DNA of 64,000 nt from a phage, in sequence record PZ402301.1, one strand, 5' to 3'. Below the pieces are notes generated by a model, which saw only the letters and a program-made list of their open reading frames with translations, was not told the origin of the DNA and searched no databases. Position 1 is the first letter of the stretch; every line of letters starts with the position of its first letter. The translations under genes were made by a program, and so were the position numbers. This document shows, piece by piece, positions 29,287 through 39,817 of this stretch.

Positions 29287-30714
29287 CTAAAATTTTAATT
29301 CATTTGCCAAAGCATCTAACTGGGCTCGAGTAGATTCGTTTCTTTGATAGCGATTCTGCTCAGCCTGAATCTGCTGTGAACCTGCTACTTCGTTAACTTC
29401 AGTTGGAGTAGAATCTTGCTCAATTTCTACCCATTTTTGATTTCCTTTTTGAACACCCATCAAAAACTTATTCCATTTATTCTTATCACCATATCGTGAT
29501 TTGATTTGCTTAATGAGTTGTTGTTCAGCAGCTGCTAACTCCTCGGTTTCAATGACCGCAAGCATAAAATCAGCTGTTGCTGGAAGACCGGCGGATTCTG
29601 CAATATCGCTCATGTTAACATCAGAAGAATCCCAAGCTTGCTTACCAACCTGTGCTGCAGTCCAAAGAACAGTTTCGGTTTCAACAGCCAGAGCACGCAA
29701 TTCCTCTGCGATAGCTTTAACAGTTGTGTAACTATTTTCTGAATAAACTCTGATGCGACAAGATTTACAAATACCCAGATAGTCAACAATAATGATTGTT
29801 GGAACAAAATTCTTCTTGAGCTTCAATTCGTTCAAAAGAGAACGAAATGTATTAGCGTCTGCTCCACCAGTAGGATACTGTTTGACGATTAAACGTCCAA
29901 GAGTAGATTTCTCACGCCATTTTTCCATTTTTCCTTTATACTCAGCGTAAGAAATATGCCCATCATCAATGTCATCAAGAGAAACGTCAAGCATATTAGC
30001 ATCAATACGTTTAGCACAGACTTCTTCTGCCATTTCCATGGAAATGTAAAGAACATTATGTCCGAGCTGCAAATAATCTGCTGCTAATGAACACAATCCT
30101 AATGACTTACCAACGTTAACACCAGCCATTAAAACGTTCAGTGTTCCAGTTTCAGCTCCGCCTTTAGTAATTTTATTTAGAATTTTGAGTTTAAATGGAA
30201 CTTTACGAGCTTTATTCATATAAGATAGCCAACGTGCTTCGTAGTCATCCATCCAATCATGACCGACGTAGCTATCAAATGAAATTGATAATGCTTGGCG
30301 CATGATGTCAGGAATAGCACCTACATCTGGCATTTTCTTATTTCGTTTTTCTGGAGGAAGCTCAGCATTGGTTTGGATTTCAATTATTTTAGATGTGGCG
30401 TTAAACATCGCCCTTTGCTGAACATATTTTTCTGTTTCTTTTACTAACCAGCTGTGGTCTTCCGGAGAATCGGTTAGTTTCGAAATAAGTGTTTTTACAC
30501 CAGAATATTCTGTTTCAGTAAATGAACTATTTTCTAATGCAACATTTAACGCATTAATAGATGGAACGCTATGGTACTCATTGACATGAGATTTAATTAA
30601 TTTGAATGTATTTTTAGCTGGACCACTTTCAAAATATTCTGAATCCATATATGGCCAAACTTTTGAAAAATAAGCTTGATCAAATATGAGATGAGAAAGA
30701 ATAATTTCTACCAC
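29287..30714 (-). CDS. 41: replicative DNA helicase gp41 (DnaB-like)
   Basis: 475 aa with Walker A (GVNVGKS) and the T4 gp41 length. Confidence 0.9.
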   Translation of the reverse strand: MVEIILSHLIFDQAYFSKVWPYMDSEYFESGPAKNTFKLIKSHVNEYHSVPSINALNVALENSSFTETEYSGVKTLISKLTDSPEDHSWLVKETEKYVQQRAMFNATSKIIEIQTNAELPPEKRNKKMPDVGAIPDIMRQALSISFDSYVGHDWMDDYEARWLSYMNKARKVPFKLKILNKITKGGAETGTLNVLMAGVNVGKSLGLCSLAADYLQLGHNVLYISMEMAEEVCAKRIDANMLDVSLDDIDDGHISYAEYKGKMEKWREKSTLGRLIVKQYPTGGADANTFRSLLNELKLKKNFVPTIIIVDYLGICKSCRIRVYSENSYTTVKAIAEELRALAVETETVLWTAAQVGKQAWDSSDVNMSDIAESAGLPATADFMLAVIETEELAAAEQQLIKQIKSRYGDKNKWNKFLMGVQKGNQKWVEIEQDSTPTEVNEVAGSQQIQAEQNRYQRNESTRAQLDALANELKF

Positions 30715-30723
30715 ACTTACTCC

Positions 30724-31068
30724 TTAAAATAATTTAAATTTTTTCTTTGACCTTTTATTAAATGCATCTTGTAGTTGCATTGTAATACATTTTTCTACAT
30801 GAGGAGCTAACTCAGCTTTTCTTTCTTGGTCAAGAACAGCAAAGTCCATTACGACTTTTCCATCAACCCAATCTAATTTTGTCACATACACAATGTGTGT
30901 AGAACCGTCTTCTAGTTTAATGACAATCTCCTGGATAACATTTTCCATAGCAGATTTAATTATCTTAAGAGATTCATTAAAAAGACGTTCTTTTCTTTCT
31001 TCTTCCCCCTCCGAAGAGGGGGATTCATCGATAATTTCTAGATCTAAATCTAAATCATCTTTATTCAT
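30724..31068 (-). CDS. 40: gp40-like protein (head vertex assembly in T4)
   Basis: Acidic ORF between uvsX and gp41; start probably at the internal Met, giving about 114 aa. Confidence 0.5.
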   Translation of the reverse strand: MNKDDLDLDLEIIDESPSSEGEEERKERLFNESLKIIKSAMENVIQEIVIKLEDGSTHIVYVTKLDWVDGKVVMDFAVLDQERKAELAPHVEKCITMQLQDAFNKRSKKKFKLF

Positions 31069-32242
31069 TAAATTCTTCCATATCACTTAACTGATCTAGG
31101 TCAGTTTCTAAATCAGCTGCTGATTTACTTTTACTTTCTGGAGATTTAAATTTTTCAACCTTTGAGTTAATCAATTCATCAACTTCAGCTTCAACAATTT
31201 CATTACTATCAATAGCACCTAACTGATAAGCGCGTTTAATAGCATCTCGGAATGGTTGATGCTTAAATAAAGGACCCCAGAATGTAGTACAGTTGGTATC
31301 TTTTGCACGCCAAGATTTTTCTTCGCGAATCATCTCGCCGGTTTCTTCATCAAGAAATTCACGAGCATACCAGCCATTTTTAGGTTTTACTACAAATCCT
31401 AATTCAAGAGCCATATCTAACAATCCAGAATAAGGATCGATACCACCGTCAAATTTAACATCAATAAAGAATTTACTTTTTTCTTTAACAGTACGAGATT
31501 TTTCTACATTTAGAACAAATTGATACCCCTGAAGATCAGAACCATCTTTAATCTGGCGCTTACCGATAATGAATACAGTATCAGCCGAATACATTACGCC
31601 TGTACCACCTGTCATCACGGTTTTACTAAACATTTCAATTGTTTCAATTGTATGGTTAACCGCAACACATGGAATGTTTTTAATACTAAAATAAGGAGTA
31701 ACAATACGGAATAATGACTTCAGTGATTTAGCACGAGTCATATCTGCCACAGATTTTTCATTCAAGGCATCTTCCGTTTCTTTCTTAGAAGCCATATTAC
31801 CGATTGAGTCGATGAATACAATAACTTTTTCACCGCGCTCGATAGCTTCAAGCTGATTCACCATATCAATTTTCAGTTGTTCAACTGACTGAATTGGCGT
31901 ATGAATTACTCGTTCAGGGTCAACTCCCATGGACCGCAAATAAGCTGGAGTAATACCAAATTCGCTATCATAAAATAGACAAACCGCGTCAGGATATTTG
32001 TTCAAATACGCCGCAACCATAGTCAAAGACATATTTGATTTAAAGTGTTTAGAAGGACCTGCAAAAATAGTTAAACCAGACTGCATACCACCATCAATCG
32101 CGCCAGAAATAGCGATATTAAGCATTGGGATTTTTGTACGGATTACATCCTTTTCATTAAAGAATTTAGATGTAGTCAGTTCAGCAGTCATTTTAGAAGT
32201 GGAAGCTTTAATCAAACGGGATTTTAAATCTGCAATAGACAT
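31061..32242 (-). CDS. uvsX: RecA-like recombinase UvsX
   Basis: 393 aa with RecA-fold P-loop (GPSKHFKS) and a C-terminal acidic tail. Confidence 0.9.
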   Translation of the reverse strand: MSIADLKSRLIKASTSKMTAELTTSKFFNEKDVIRTKIPMLNIAISGAIDGGMQSGLTIFAGPSKHFKSNMSLTMVAAYLNKYPDAVCLFYDSEFGITPAYLRSMGVDPERVIHTPIQSVEQLKIDMVNQLEAIERGEKVIVFIDSIGNMASKKETEDALNEKSVADMTRAKSLKSLFRIVTPYFSIKNIPCVAVNHTIETIEMFSKTVMTGGTGVMYSADTVFIIGKRQIKDGSDLQGYQFVLNVEKSRTVKEKSKFFIDVKFDGGIDPYSGLLDMALELGFVVKPKNGWYAREFLDEETGEMIREEKSWRAKDTNCTTFWGPLFKHQPFRDAIKRAYQLGAIDSNEIVEAEVDELINSKVEKFKSPESKSKSAADLETDLDQLSDMEEFNE

Positions 32243-32319
32243 TCATTTTTTCCATAGGCATCATTATATTTTCCTCACTGGTTAAAGATAGGGTAATTAT
32301 AACACAATAAATTTAGGCA

Positions 32320-33168
32320 TTAATCAACTGCTATTGGATGAATAGCATTAAACTTATGAAACGCTTCTGATTTTTCTTTGCGCGAAACACACATGCGAAG
32401 AACCTTTAATGGCTCGTCTTCTTCACCTAATGATTTTCGTTTTTCAATATTAGAAGTTTTCCAACGAGCTTGCTCTGGAAACTCTTTATTGATTTGCTCA
32501 AGAGCTCTATTATGTTTTGAATTACTACGAATTGAACTACATCCGCCTGGAGCTTGTGCTTTTCCAGATACAACCAGATATTTGAACAAAGCCAAATGCG
32601 GATAACCTTGATTAATTAAATTGAGAAATGCATACATATCTTCGCATAAATCAATTTTTCCATACCCAATTTGTTCTGTTGTAAGTTTTCCAAGGTCATA
32701 CCAGGTATTCGTGAATCCATATGAATTTTCACGATAATTACCCCAAGATGAAGTAATTTTAAAAATAGGTAGACGAGCATGACCGTGATAATACCCACAA
32801 TCCATGGCATCTTCAACGTATTGAATTAATTCATAGAACTGTTCACGGGTTAATTGATTAATTTTATCTACGCAGCGACGATCATCTTTCTTTCGCATTG
32901 AACTCATACGAATAGTAGTATCATCGTCAATCATCCAAATTCGTTGACCTGCATACATATCAGTAATTGCTTTACGAGTACCAGCAATTCCATTGACATC
33001 ATCAGGAATAGTTATAATTTTAGCTCTAGACCCATAAGCGTCATAATAAGCTTTTTCTTCGTGTTCACGTACTACAATATGTGGTTCATACTCAGTCGGA
33101 AACATATCAAGGGCAGAAACTGCCCCTACGCGTTGATAGCTTGGAATTACGAATTGAATCATTTCCAC
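32320..33168 (-). CDS. GT-A-like glycosyltransferase at the beta-gt locus
   Basis: 282 aa with FVIPSYQR and a DxD-type motif (RIWMIDDDTTI); lies between uvsX and gp42; does not resemble recalled T4 beta-gt (351 aa). Confidence 0.5.
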   Translation of the reverse strand: MEMIQFVIPSYQRVGAVSALDMFPTEYEPHIVVREHEEKAYYDAYGSRAKIITIPDDVNGIAGTRKAITDMYAGQRIWMIDDDTTIRMSSMRKKDDRRCVDKINQLTREQFYELIQYVEDAMDCGYYHGHARLPIFKITSSWGNYRENSYGFTNTWYDLGKLTTEQIGYGKIDLCEDMYAFLNLINQGYPHLALFKYLVVSGKAQAPGGCSSIRSNSKHNRALEQINKEFPEQARWKTSNIEKRKSLGEEDEPLKVLRMCVSRKEKSEAFHKFNAIHPIAVD

Positions 33169-33899
33169 TCACCGTTATAATCTTTTTTCGCAATATGAGT
33201 TTCGCCAGTTTTCCACCAATGGTCAACCAAATAAAAATGACGGGAATACACGTGAAGGCTCCCGACGTTCCATATAATGGAACCTGCTTTATACTGACGA
33301 GTTGAATCACCTGCATTCAAATCAGATACTAATTTATCTAGTACGTATTTTTGCCATGCATAATCATTACGGAATCCGAAGACCACGTCATTTGAACGCA
33401 TGCTTACTACTGCATTGACTTTCTTATCACGAATCAGATACTGTACTGTATTCGTACACATGAAATCTGACATGCCATCTTTATTGTAGTCAAACTGCAT
33501 GGATGGACGAGTATAAATCATGATACCACGTCGAGAATCAGGATTTTGACCAAGTTCAGCTAAACACATATCATATTGGGCATAGTTATCTTCTGACCAG
33601 ATGGCCCAACCATAATTCGAGTTAATTTCGCCTTTAGAAGATGCTACCTGCTGCCAAATCTTTGGTGTTTCACCTGGAATATCTTTAACAAACAAACTTT
33701 GAGACTTATACCATTCAAGTTCACGCTGAATGTATTCATCATTAAGAGCGCCAAAAATAAAAGGTTCATCTGCTACAAATGATGCACCAATAATTTCAAT
33801 AGTTTTAACACCGGTTTTATCAATTACGAAATCTTTTTCCTTTAATGCAAGACCCAAATCAAGACGGATTTCTTCAACTGTCATATAATCGTTAATCAT
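33159..33899 (-). CDS. 42: dCMP hydroxymethylase gp42
   Basis: 246 aa, thymidylate-synthase-like, with the T4 gp42 length. Confidence 0.9.
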   Translation of the reverse strand: MINDYMTVEEIRLDLGLALKEKDFVIDKTGVKTIEIIGASFVADEPFIFGALNDEYIQRELEWYKSQSLFVKDIPGETPKIWQQVASSKGEINSNYGWAIWSEDNYAQYDMCLAELGQNPDSRRGIMIYTRPSMQFDYNKDGMSDFMCTNTVQYLIRDKKVNAVVSMRSNDVVFGFRNDYAWQKYVLDKLVSDLNAGDSTRQYKAGSIIWNVGSLHVYSRHFYLVDHWWKTGETHIAKKDYNGEWK

Positions 33900-34052
33900 T
33901 TAAACCTCAATTGATGCATTCATATTTAACTTGTAACAGTAATAAACTCCACCCTATAATAAGCGTTGGAATCATACAAGGAACTGTTACGCTATAGTAT
34001 ATACTTATTATAATCATCAAGATTAAAAGCAATACTGCTAAAATTTTGCTTT

Positions 34053-34304
34053 TCATTCCTTCTCTCTGATGATAATTACTTGATTTTGCTGTACAGATTT
34101 TTTAGTTTCACCTGCAATTGACCAAATAAAGGTAATAAACCAACCAATAATTGACCAGTTAAACAGTAAAGACGTGAAAAAGATTCCTACTGTCGATTTT
34201 GACCCACGCATCAAGGCGATGAACCACGGAAGCATGTATATAATAATAGCCAACACGCCTGAAACTAAAACCATAAAAATTGAACCTGCTACTAAAGTTT
34301 CCAT
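34053..34304 (-). CDS. imm: immunity (superinfection exclusion) membrane protein Imm
   Basis: 83-aa two-helix membrane protein at the T4 imm position. Confidence 0.8.
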   Translation of the reverse strand: METLVAGSIFMVLVSGVLAIIIYMLPWFIALMRGSKSTVGIFFTSLLFNWSIIGWFITFIWSIAGETKKSVQQNQVIIIREKE

Positions 34305-34311
34305 GTTTTCC

Positions 34312-34692
34312 TCACTTAGTCAAATTTTTTACACATGAATTATAAGAATTCACTACATACTCCATCGGAGCATTTTTACCAGTACGCCATTGGTAATTAT
34401 TAGCCCAATTAGCCCAAAGTTCAGCACAGTAATTTTCAATTTTTTCTTCACGCGTAATCACATCTGAATTACGATATGCTTGTGCAGATTCATCTGGACG
34501 AATAGCTTCGTCAAAATTCGCCTGCATTTGTTCTACTGTCTGTTTTGGAGCCTCTTTATAACACTTGACGTTAGGATTATAAAATTTGCTTGAACAGTTT
34601 ACAATTTTTCCTACATCAGACTGATTTACTACTGGTCCTTGAGCTACACAACCAGTAAGACCCAATGCAATAACCAAAATAGCGATTTTCAT
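34312..34692 (-). CDS. predicted lipoprotein
   Basis: Internal ATG after GGAGAA gives MKIAILVIALGLTGC (lipobox); the track ORF 34312..34881 runs through the promoter. Confidence 0.5.
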   Translation of the reverse strand: MKIAILVIALGLTGCVAQGPVVNQSDVGKIVNCSSKFYNPNVKCYKEAPKQTVEQMQANFDEAIRPDESAQAYRNSDVITREEKIENYCAELWANWANNYQWRTGKNAPMEYVVNSYNSCVKNLTK

Positions 34693-34710
34693 TTCATTCT
34701 CCAAATCCGC

Positions 34711-34776
34711 ATCAGTTGATAGTTGTATAGTACCACAAAGGAACCGGGATGTAAACAGTTTTGTGAAAAAATTTTT
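34711..34776 (-). promoter_or_regulatory. T4-type early promoter
   Basis: Copy of the conserved block (UP region, GTTTAC, TGGTACTATACAACT). Confidence 0.55.
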
Positions 34777-34844
34777 AATGAATTCCAGATGCCCAGAATC
34801 ATCTATTTTTCCTAAGTATAGATTTATATTACTTGTATGAAAAA

Positions 34845-34860
34845 GGGACCCGGAGGTCCC
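34845..34860 (-). terminator. hairpin downstream of gene 43
   Basis: gggacc-cgga-ggtccc followed by a T-run. Confidence 0.5.
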
Positions 34861-34873
34861 TAGATTTATTCTA

Positions 34874-37570
34874 TCAGCCAAACAAGAAGTCTAACGAAGC
34901 TTTTTCCTCATAGTCCATACCTGCCGATTCACACATGCCCGCAAGCGGTTTAACAAACGATTTTTGGAACAAAGTTGAGTAGTCAATCCAAGACAGTACA
35001 TCAGAACGAATTTCTTTTGGAAGTTCCGTACCCGACGGCCAAGCAATGCACTTGTCACCAAATGGATTTCCCTCACGTAATGGAAGAACCATTACCTTAT
35101 TTCCATCCAAAATTGGAGCTACACCTAAACCACTAACAGCTCGACGATAAGTTAGCACCCCACGAATGTGGAACGGGCATTTAAATCCTGGCCAACCTTT
35201 ATCGTCATATTTCGCTATATCGTTCGCGGTTTTTACTTCAGCAATAACTTTATAGTCAAGTTGACGATATTCTTTCTCAAAGTTCTTGTAGTATTCTTGG
35301 ACAGACTCTTCGCCTTCCTGAAGAATACGACGAATACTTTCTTCGAGAGCTTCTTGTACTGCTTTTGGTGTTGAACTCTGCTGAGTTTCCATACCCATGA
35401 TTTTTAGATGCGGTTCAGCAAATCGTTTATCTTCCATATCATAAACGTTCAGAGCATAACGTTTTTTCGCTTTCCAAAATCCACCAACACCCTTTGAACC
35501 AAGTGGAGGGCAAGAAATAGCTTCACGGTCCATATGCATCAGATGCTCGCGGTTATTCATATAATCACATAACTCACGATATGCAACATCAATCATAGGT
35601 TCCATCTTTTTCTTACCAAACTGATTCATAAATTCAACTAAATCATTTTGTTCTTTAAAGCGGTCAAGACCTACTTTTTCAATAACTTTATCTACACAAA
35701 CATATACCGAATCAGTATCACCCGCTGCGATGAAATCTTCACCATCAGTTCCACACACTTTATTCAGATATTCATTAATTTTACGAGCAATCCACTGAAT
35801 ACCAACTTGACCAAAAATTGTGATAGCAGTAGCATTTCGCAAATCATAATAGCGGAAATGAATATTACCAAGAGCACCATAAAGACTGTTGATAAGAATT
35901 TTACGGTTCAGCTGATTTGTGTTAGCAAGTGTAGCTGCTTTTTCACATTCTTCGATCAGACTATTAAGAACAGATTCAGTGTAATTCGATAATTCGTTTA
36001 AGAAATCATCATTGAATTTAACATATCGTTCAACTTCTGGTTTAGTTGAACAAGACCCTGCACCTTTCATAATAATCTTTTTAATAGCTTCGGCATTCAT
36101 TTCTTCAGCGAACATTTTCTTTTTCCAATCTTTACGTTGGAAAAATACTTTAGCGATTTCCTTTGGAATGATACCTTCTTGATGCTTATCATACATCCAT
36201 CCATTAGGAGAACAAGAATATTCATCACTTGGCTTAGGAGCTGTTCCTGCGATATATTCATGAATTGGATGAACTTTAAACTGCCCACGAATAGTCTCAG
36301 GACTAATGTTAACCTGACGAATAATGCTAGGATACAGAGACGTCAAGTCAAAACTCATAATGTATCGACGAGCAATCGGTTTAGGTTCAAATACAAATGC
36401 ACCTGGAAAACTCTGTTTAACGTGCGAACCTTGTTGAGGAATAACCTTATGTTCGCCTTTCAGTGAGTTAAAAATAATAGCGTCCCAAGTTTTAATAGGA
36501 CTCATTACACCAGAAAAAGGCATTTTAGCGTAATAAGACATACTTAAAACTAGATCAATAAACCCACGAATTTTATCAATTGCTTGAACTGATTCTACGT
36601 CAATGATGTTATAACTAATGTATCGTTGATGATTAGTCTCACGAAGTTTATTAATAGGACCATCGTACGGCAATTTACCTTTTTTGGTTTCGTGCTGAGC
36701 AACTGATTCCAAAGAGAATGATGGCAAATTAGTAAATGCGAATTTTTTGTACAAATCTAAATAATCAAGAATAGATACGCCATCAATAGAATAAATTTCT
36801 TTGCTACCGTACATATTTTGAATTAGTTTAGATTTTACTCGACCGATTGGAGAGAAGCGTTTCATACTACGTTCACCGAGAACCATTTTAACACGATTCA
36901 TGATATACGGAACGTCAAATCCCTCAATATTCCAACCGGTAAAAATAGCAGGTCGTTTCTGTTCCCAGAGATTAATATATTCCATGAGCATATCGCGCTC
37001 ATTATCAAATGGCATATAAATTACTCGGTCAAGAATTTCTTGAGGAACTTCATCACCACCTTCACAGTCAAGCTTAGCAGCTAACTTTGCATCCCATTTT
37101 GATACTGAACCGTACATTGAATTCAACAAATCAAAGACGTAAAAACGGTCGTCAATTGAATCATAATGAGTGATAGCATCAATTTCATATTCTGCTTTCA
37201 TTGGGTCAGGAAATTTATCACCAGTAACCTCAATGTCACAGTTAGCTACACGAACAAATTTTCGGTCATAAACAATTTCTGAACCATATGTATCACTGAT
37301 ATAAGCGAGTTTAAAATCGTTCATACCAAGAGCTTCGAGACCGATGTCTTCCATTCGCTTCATCCAGTCTCGTGCATCTTTCATTGATGGAAATTTTTGA
37401 GGAGCGCAATTTTTACCGTAAATGTCTTTGTACTTTGACTCTTCCTTACAATGCCTAAACATAGTCGGAAGATATTCTACTTCACGAGTACGTTCCTTTC
37501 CGTTTTCATCAATATAACGCTCAACAATATTATTTCCGACTGTTTCGATAGAGATATAAAATTCTTTCAT
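34874..37570 (-). CDS. 43: DNA polymerase gp43 (family B)
   Basis: 898 aa with exonuclease and polymerase motifs (DTDS), matching recalled T4 gp43 almost throughout. Confidence 0.95.
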   Translation of the reverse strand: MKEFYISIETVGNNIVERYIDENGKERTREVEYLPTMFRHCKEESKYKDIYGKNCAPQKFPSMKDARDWMKRMEDIGLEALGMNDFKLAYISDTYGSEIVYDRKFVRVANCDIEVTGDKFPDPMKAEYEIDAITHYDSIDDRFYVFDLLNSMYGSVSKWDAKLAAKLDCEGGDEVPQEILDRVIYMPFDNERDMLMEYINLWEQKRPAIFTGWNIEGFDVPYIMNRVKMVLGERSMKRFSPIGRVKSKLIQNMYGSKEIYSIDGVSILDYLDLYKKFAFTNLPSFSLESVAQHETKKGKLPYDGPINKLRETNHQRYISYNIIDVESVQAIDKIRGFIDLVLSMSYYAKMPFSGVMSPIKTWDAIIFNSLKGEHKVIPQQGSHVKQSFPGAFVFEPKPIARRYIMSFDLTSLYPSIIRQVNISPETIRGQFKVHPIHEYIAGTAPKPSDEYSCSPNGWMYDKHQEGIIPKEIAKVFFQRKDWKKKMFAEEMNAEAIKKIIMKGAGSCSTKPEVERYVKFNDDFLNELSNYTESVLNSLIEECEKAATLANTNQLNRKILINSLYGALGNIHFRYYDLRNATAITIFGQVGIQWIARKINEYLNKVCGTDGEDFIAAGDTDSVYVCVDKVIEKVGLDRFKEQNDLVEFMNQFGKKKMEPMIDVAYRELCDYMNNREHLMHMDREAISCPPLGSKGVGGFWKAKKRYALNVYDMEDKRFAEPHLKIMGMETQQSSTPKAVQEALEESIRRILQEGEESVQEYYKNFEKEYRQLDYKVIAEVKTANDIAKYDDKGWPGFKCPFHIRGVLTYRRAVSGLGVAPILDGNKVMVLPLREGNPFGDKCIAWPSGTELPKEIRSDVLSWIDYSTLFQKSFVKPLAGMCESAGMDYEEKASLDFLFG

Positions 37571-37588
37571 AGATATTCCTTAGTTTAT

Positions 37589-37607
37589 AGCCCGAGTTAT
37601 TAGGCTC
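37589..37607 (-). promoter_or_regulatory. gp43 translational operator hairpin
   Basis: Minus-strand GAGCCUAAUAACUCGGGCU hairpin just 5' of the gene 43 SD and ATG, matching the known T4 autoregulation site. Confidence 0.6.
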
Positions 37608-37628
37608 TTGATATATTATACTCCAAAT

Positions 37629-37646
37629 AAGGGGCCGAAGCCCCTT
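37629..37646 (-). terminator. UUCG tetraloop hairpin
   Basis: ggggccgaagcccc followed by a T-run, between the 87-aa ORF and the gene 43 leader. Confidence 0.5.
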
Positions 37647-37648
37647 GC

Positions 37649-37912
37649 TTAAATTAATACCATTTGTCGGTGAAAAATTGTCAATCCATCTGCATTAATT
37701 GACTTAACCACTGCGGTAAAGTGTTTTTGTTCTGGGTGAACTAATTTTTGAAATTCTACCTGAAATTTTAGTTGGAGATTTTCTGGTAAATCAAAAAGTG
37801 TTTCTGTTGCAGAAAGATTATATTTTTCTTTAAGAGACGCCATGTATTCTTGTGGGGTTATAGCAGTCATATTAATTACCAATCGTATATTTTGGAACGA
37901 GTTTCCATTCAT
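37649..37912 (-). CDS. hypothetical protein (87 aa)
   Basis: ORF filling the 300-bp regA-43 gap; its 5' end overlaps the regA 3' end by about 40 nt; weakly supported. Confidence 0.3.
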   Translation of the reverse strand: MNGNSFQNIRLVINMTAITPQEYMASLKEKYNLSATETLFDLPENLQLKFQVEFQKLVHPEQKHFTAVVKSINADGLTIFHRQMVLI

Positions 37913-38240
37913 GTTTTTGTTTAAAAGAAATAACTCGGAAGTTATTGGTTAAATCTTTCATAAAAGTTCTTTGACCAGGAACGATTTCAATCAGTCCCCA
38001 ATCTTCTAACAGCCATGCAATCGAATCACGACGAACTTCATCTTCTTCTGTCATTTCAACCTGGCGACCATCCATACGAAGCATTTCTTTAAAATGAACG
38101 ATATAGTATAGTCCTTTTTTCTGAAGAATATGACAGGACTGATACAGAACTTTATCTTTATTATTAGCAATTCCCATGCGAGTCAAAGTTTCTTTTACTT
38201 TCAGAAAATCTTCAGGTTTTTTAAGAGTAATTTCAATCAT
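37872..38240 (-). CDS. regA: translational repressor RegA
   Basis: 122 aa (MIEITLKKPEDFLKVKETLTRMGI...) with the T4 RegA length and position. Confidence 0.85.
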   Translation of the reverse strand: MIEITLKKPEDFLKVKETLTRMGIANNKDKVLYQSCHILQKKGLYYIVHFKEMLRMDGRQVEMTEEDEVRRDSIAWLLEDWGLIEIVPGQRTFMKDLTNNFRVISFKQKHEWKLVPKYTIGN

Positions 38241-38241
38241 T

Positions 38242-38805
38242 TTACCATTCCACTGCTAGTTTTTTGAGTTGTTTCTGTTCTTTTACGTTCTTAGTCACTT
38301 CTTTCAAAAAATCATCCGTGACTAAACCTTTTAGTTCTTTTAATACTAAAGGAAGTTTTCCATTTTTAGTAAGAATTGATTTATAGTTAATTGCATCATT
38401 TGTATTAACTTGATACCGCTTAGCAAGTAACTTAATAATCAATACTTCGGTAGAATCTTCAACCAGTTTTGCCCATTTACCGTATCTTTTACCCCGAGGA
38501 ACAGCAGCCATCAGATAATTAAAATGGGCTTCATCGCTTAAACCTGATCCAATTAAATTCATAGCATATACAGCTGGCATGCACTCAGGAAATTGTGATA
38601 ATGCATTCTCAACCATGTATTTTGAATAATCTTTTTGAGTAATAGAGCATTTAGTTTTATTATTAATAGCTCCAATTATTTCAAAAAACTCATTTTCGGC
38701 TTTTTCTTTAAAAGAATCAGCAGCAGATTGGACAGCTGTCCAATCTTTTGAATACCAAGCAACTTGATGCTCGTTTAATTGAATATCATCTTCAAATAAG
38801 CTCAT
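38242..38805 (-). CDS. 62: clamp loader small subunit gp62
   Basis: 187 aa, immediately downstream of gp44. Confidence 0.85.
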   Translation of the reverse strand: MSLFEDDIQLNEHQVAWYSKDWTAVQSAADSFKEKAENEFFEIIGAINNKTKCSITQKDYSKYMVENALSQFPECMPAVYAMNLIGSGLSDEAHFNYLMAAVPRGKRYGKWAKLVEDSTEVLIIKLLAKRYQVNTNDAINYKSILTKNGKLPLVLKELKGLVTDDFLKEVTKNVKEQKQLKKLAVEW

Positions 38806-38806
38806 A

Positions 38807-39766
38807 TCACTTCCACTGCATTTCGCATGCCAATTGAATGAAAAGATATGCTAAATGTAATTCCGTATTAGCCGCAATTCCGTGATACTGGTTATTTTCA
38901 CCAACAATTTCATACATACGAATAATACTTTGTGGAGTTACGCGTGTATAGATTTCTTCGGCAAGTTTACCAACGAACCACGAATAATCAGCCGCATATT
39001 TTGGTGCTAAAGCTCTGAGCTGTTTAACATCTTTATTTTTGAGAGATTCAAGAACATCATCAATAGCACCACGATCGTTAGTAACCAGTGATAAAATACC
39101 AGCATCCAAAACACCTTTAGACGAATAACTATCGAGCTCACCAATAGTTTTACGAAAATCAGGAAAATTCTTTTTAACCAAAGCTGCTACAACTTTCATA
39201 TCAGCTATAGCAATTCCTTCATGCTTACAGATTTCAGTCAATCGACGAATCATCTGCTTCATCATTTCAATTTTATCTTCATCGGTCGGTTGACCGAACG
39301 TAATAACTCGGCAGCGTGACTGAAGCGGTTTAATAATACCATCAATATTGTTAGCAGTAATAATAATACTACAGTTTGAACTATAAGCTTCCATAAAGGA
39401 ACGAAGATGTCGCTGAGACTCTGCTAACCCTGAACGGTCAAATTCATCAATAACGATTACTTTTTGACGACCATCAAATGAAGCTGCACTAGCAAAATTA
39501 GTCAAAGGACCGCGAACGAAATCAATTTTACAATCTGACCCATTCACAAACATCATATCAGCATTTACATCATGACACAATGCTTTTGCTACGGTTGTTT
39601 TACCTGTTCCTGGAGAAGGAGAATGAAGAATAATATGTGGAATCTTACCTTTACTTGTAATAGATTTAAAGGTTTCTTTATCAAAGGCGGGAAGAATACA
39701 TTCATCGATAGTAGATGGACGATATTTCTGTTCAAGAATGTGTTCTTTTTCATTTACAGTAATCAT
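38807..39766 (-). CDS. 44: clamp loader large subunit gp44 (AAA+)
   Basis: Walker A ([10 protein letters not shown]) and Walker B (VIVIDEFD); start probably the second Met, giving about 319 aa. Confidence 0.9.
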   Translation of the reverse strand: MITVNEKEHILEQKYRPSTIDECILPAFDKETFKSITSKGKIPHIILHSPSPGTGKTTVAKALCHDVNADMMFVNGSDCKIDFVRGPLTNFASAASFDGRQKVIVIDEFDRSGLAESQRHLRSFMEAYSSNCSIIITANNIDGIIKPLQSRCRVITFGQPTDEDKIEMMKQMIRRLTEICKHEGIAIADMKVVAALVKKNFPDFRKTIGELDSYSSKGVLDAGILSLVTNDRGAIDDVLESLKNKDVKQLRALAPKYAADYSWFVGKLAEEIYTRVTPQSIIRMYEIVGENNQYHGIAANTELHLAYLFIQLACEMQWK

Positions 39767-39798
39767 AATTTCCTCATTCAAGTTTTAGTGTAAATTAT

Positions 39799-39816
39799 AA
39801 AGGGCCGAAGCCCTTT
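39799..39816 (-). terminator. UUCG tetraloop hairpin downstream of gene 45
   Basis: aaagggccgaagcccttt followed by a T-run. Confidence 0.5.
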
Positions 39817-39817
39817 A

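Noticed and set aside
29610-29807. Minus-strand ORFs nested out of frame inside larger genes (29610..29807 in gp41, 32616..32816, 33107..33316, 34891..35076 and 36097..36288 in gp43, 42393..42656 in gp46, 44485..44706, 23342..23554).
   Set aside because: They are alternative-frame readings within well-supported genes and have no independent start signals.
32243-32319. segA-like homing endonuclease next to uvsX.
   Set aside because: Only about 77 bp separate uvsX from the glycosyltransferase gene; there is no room for an ORF.
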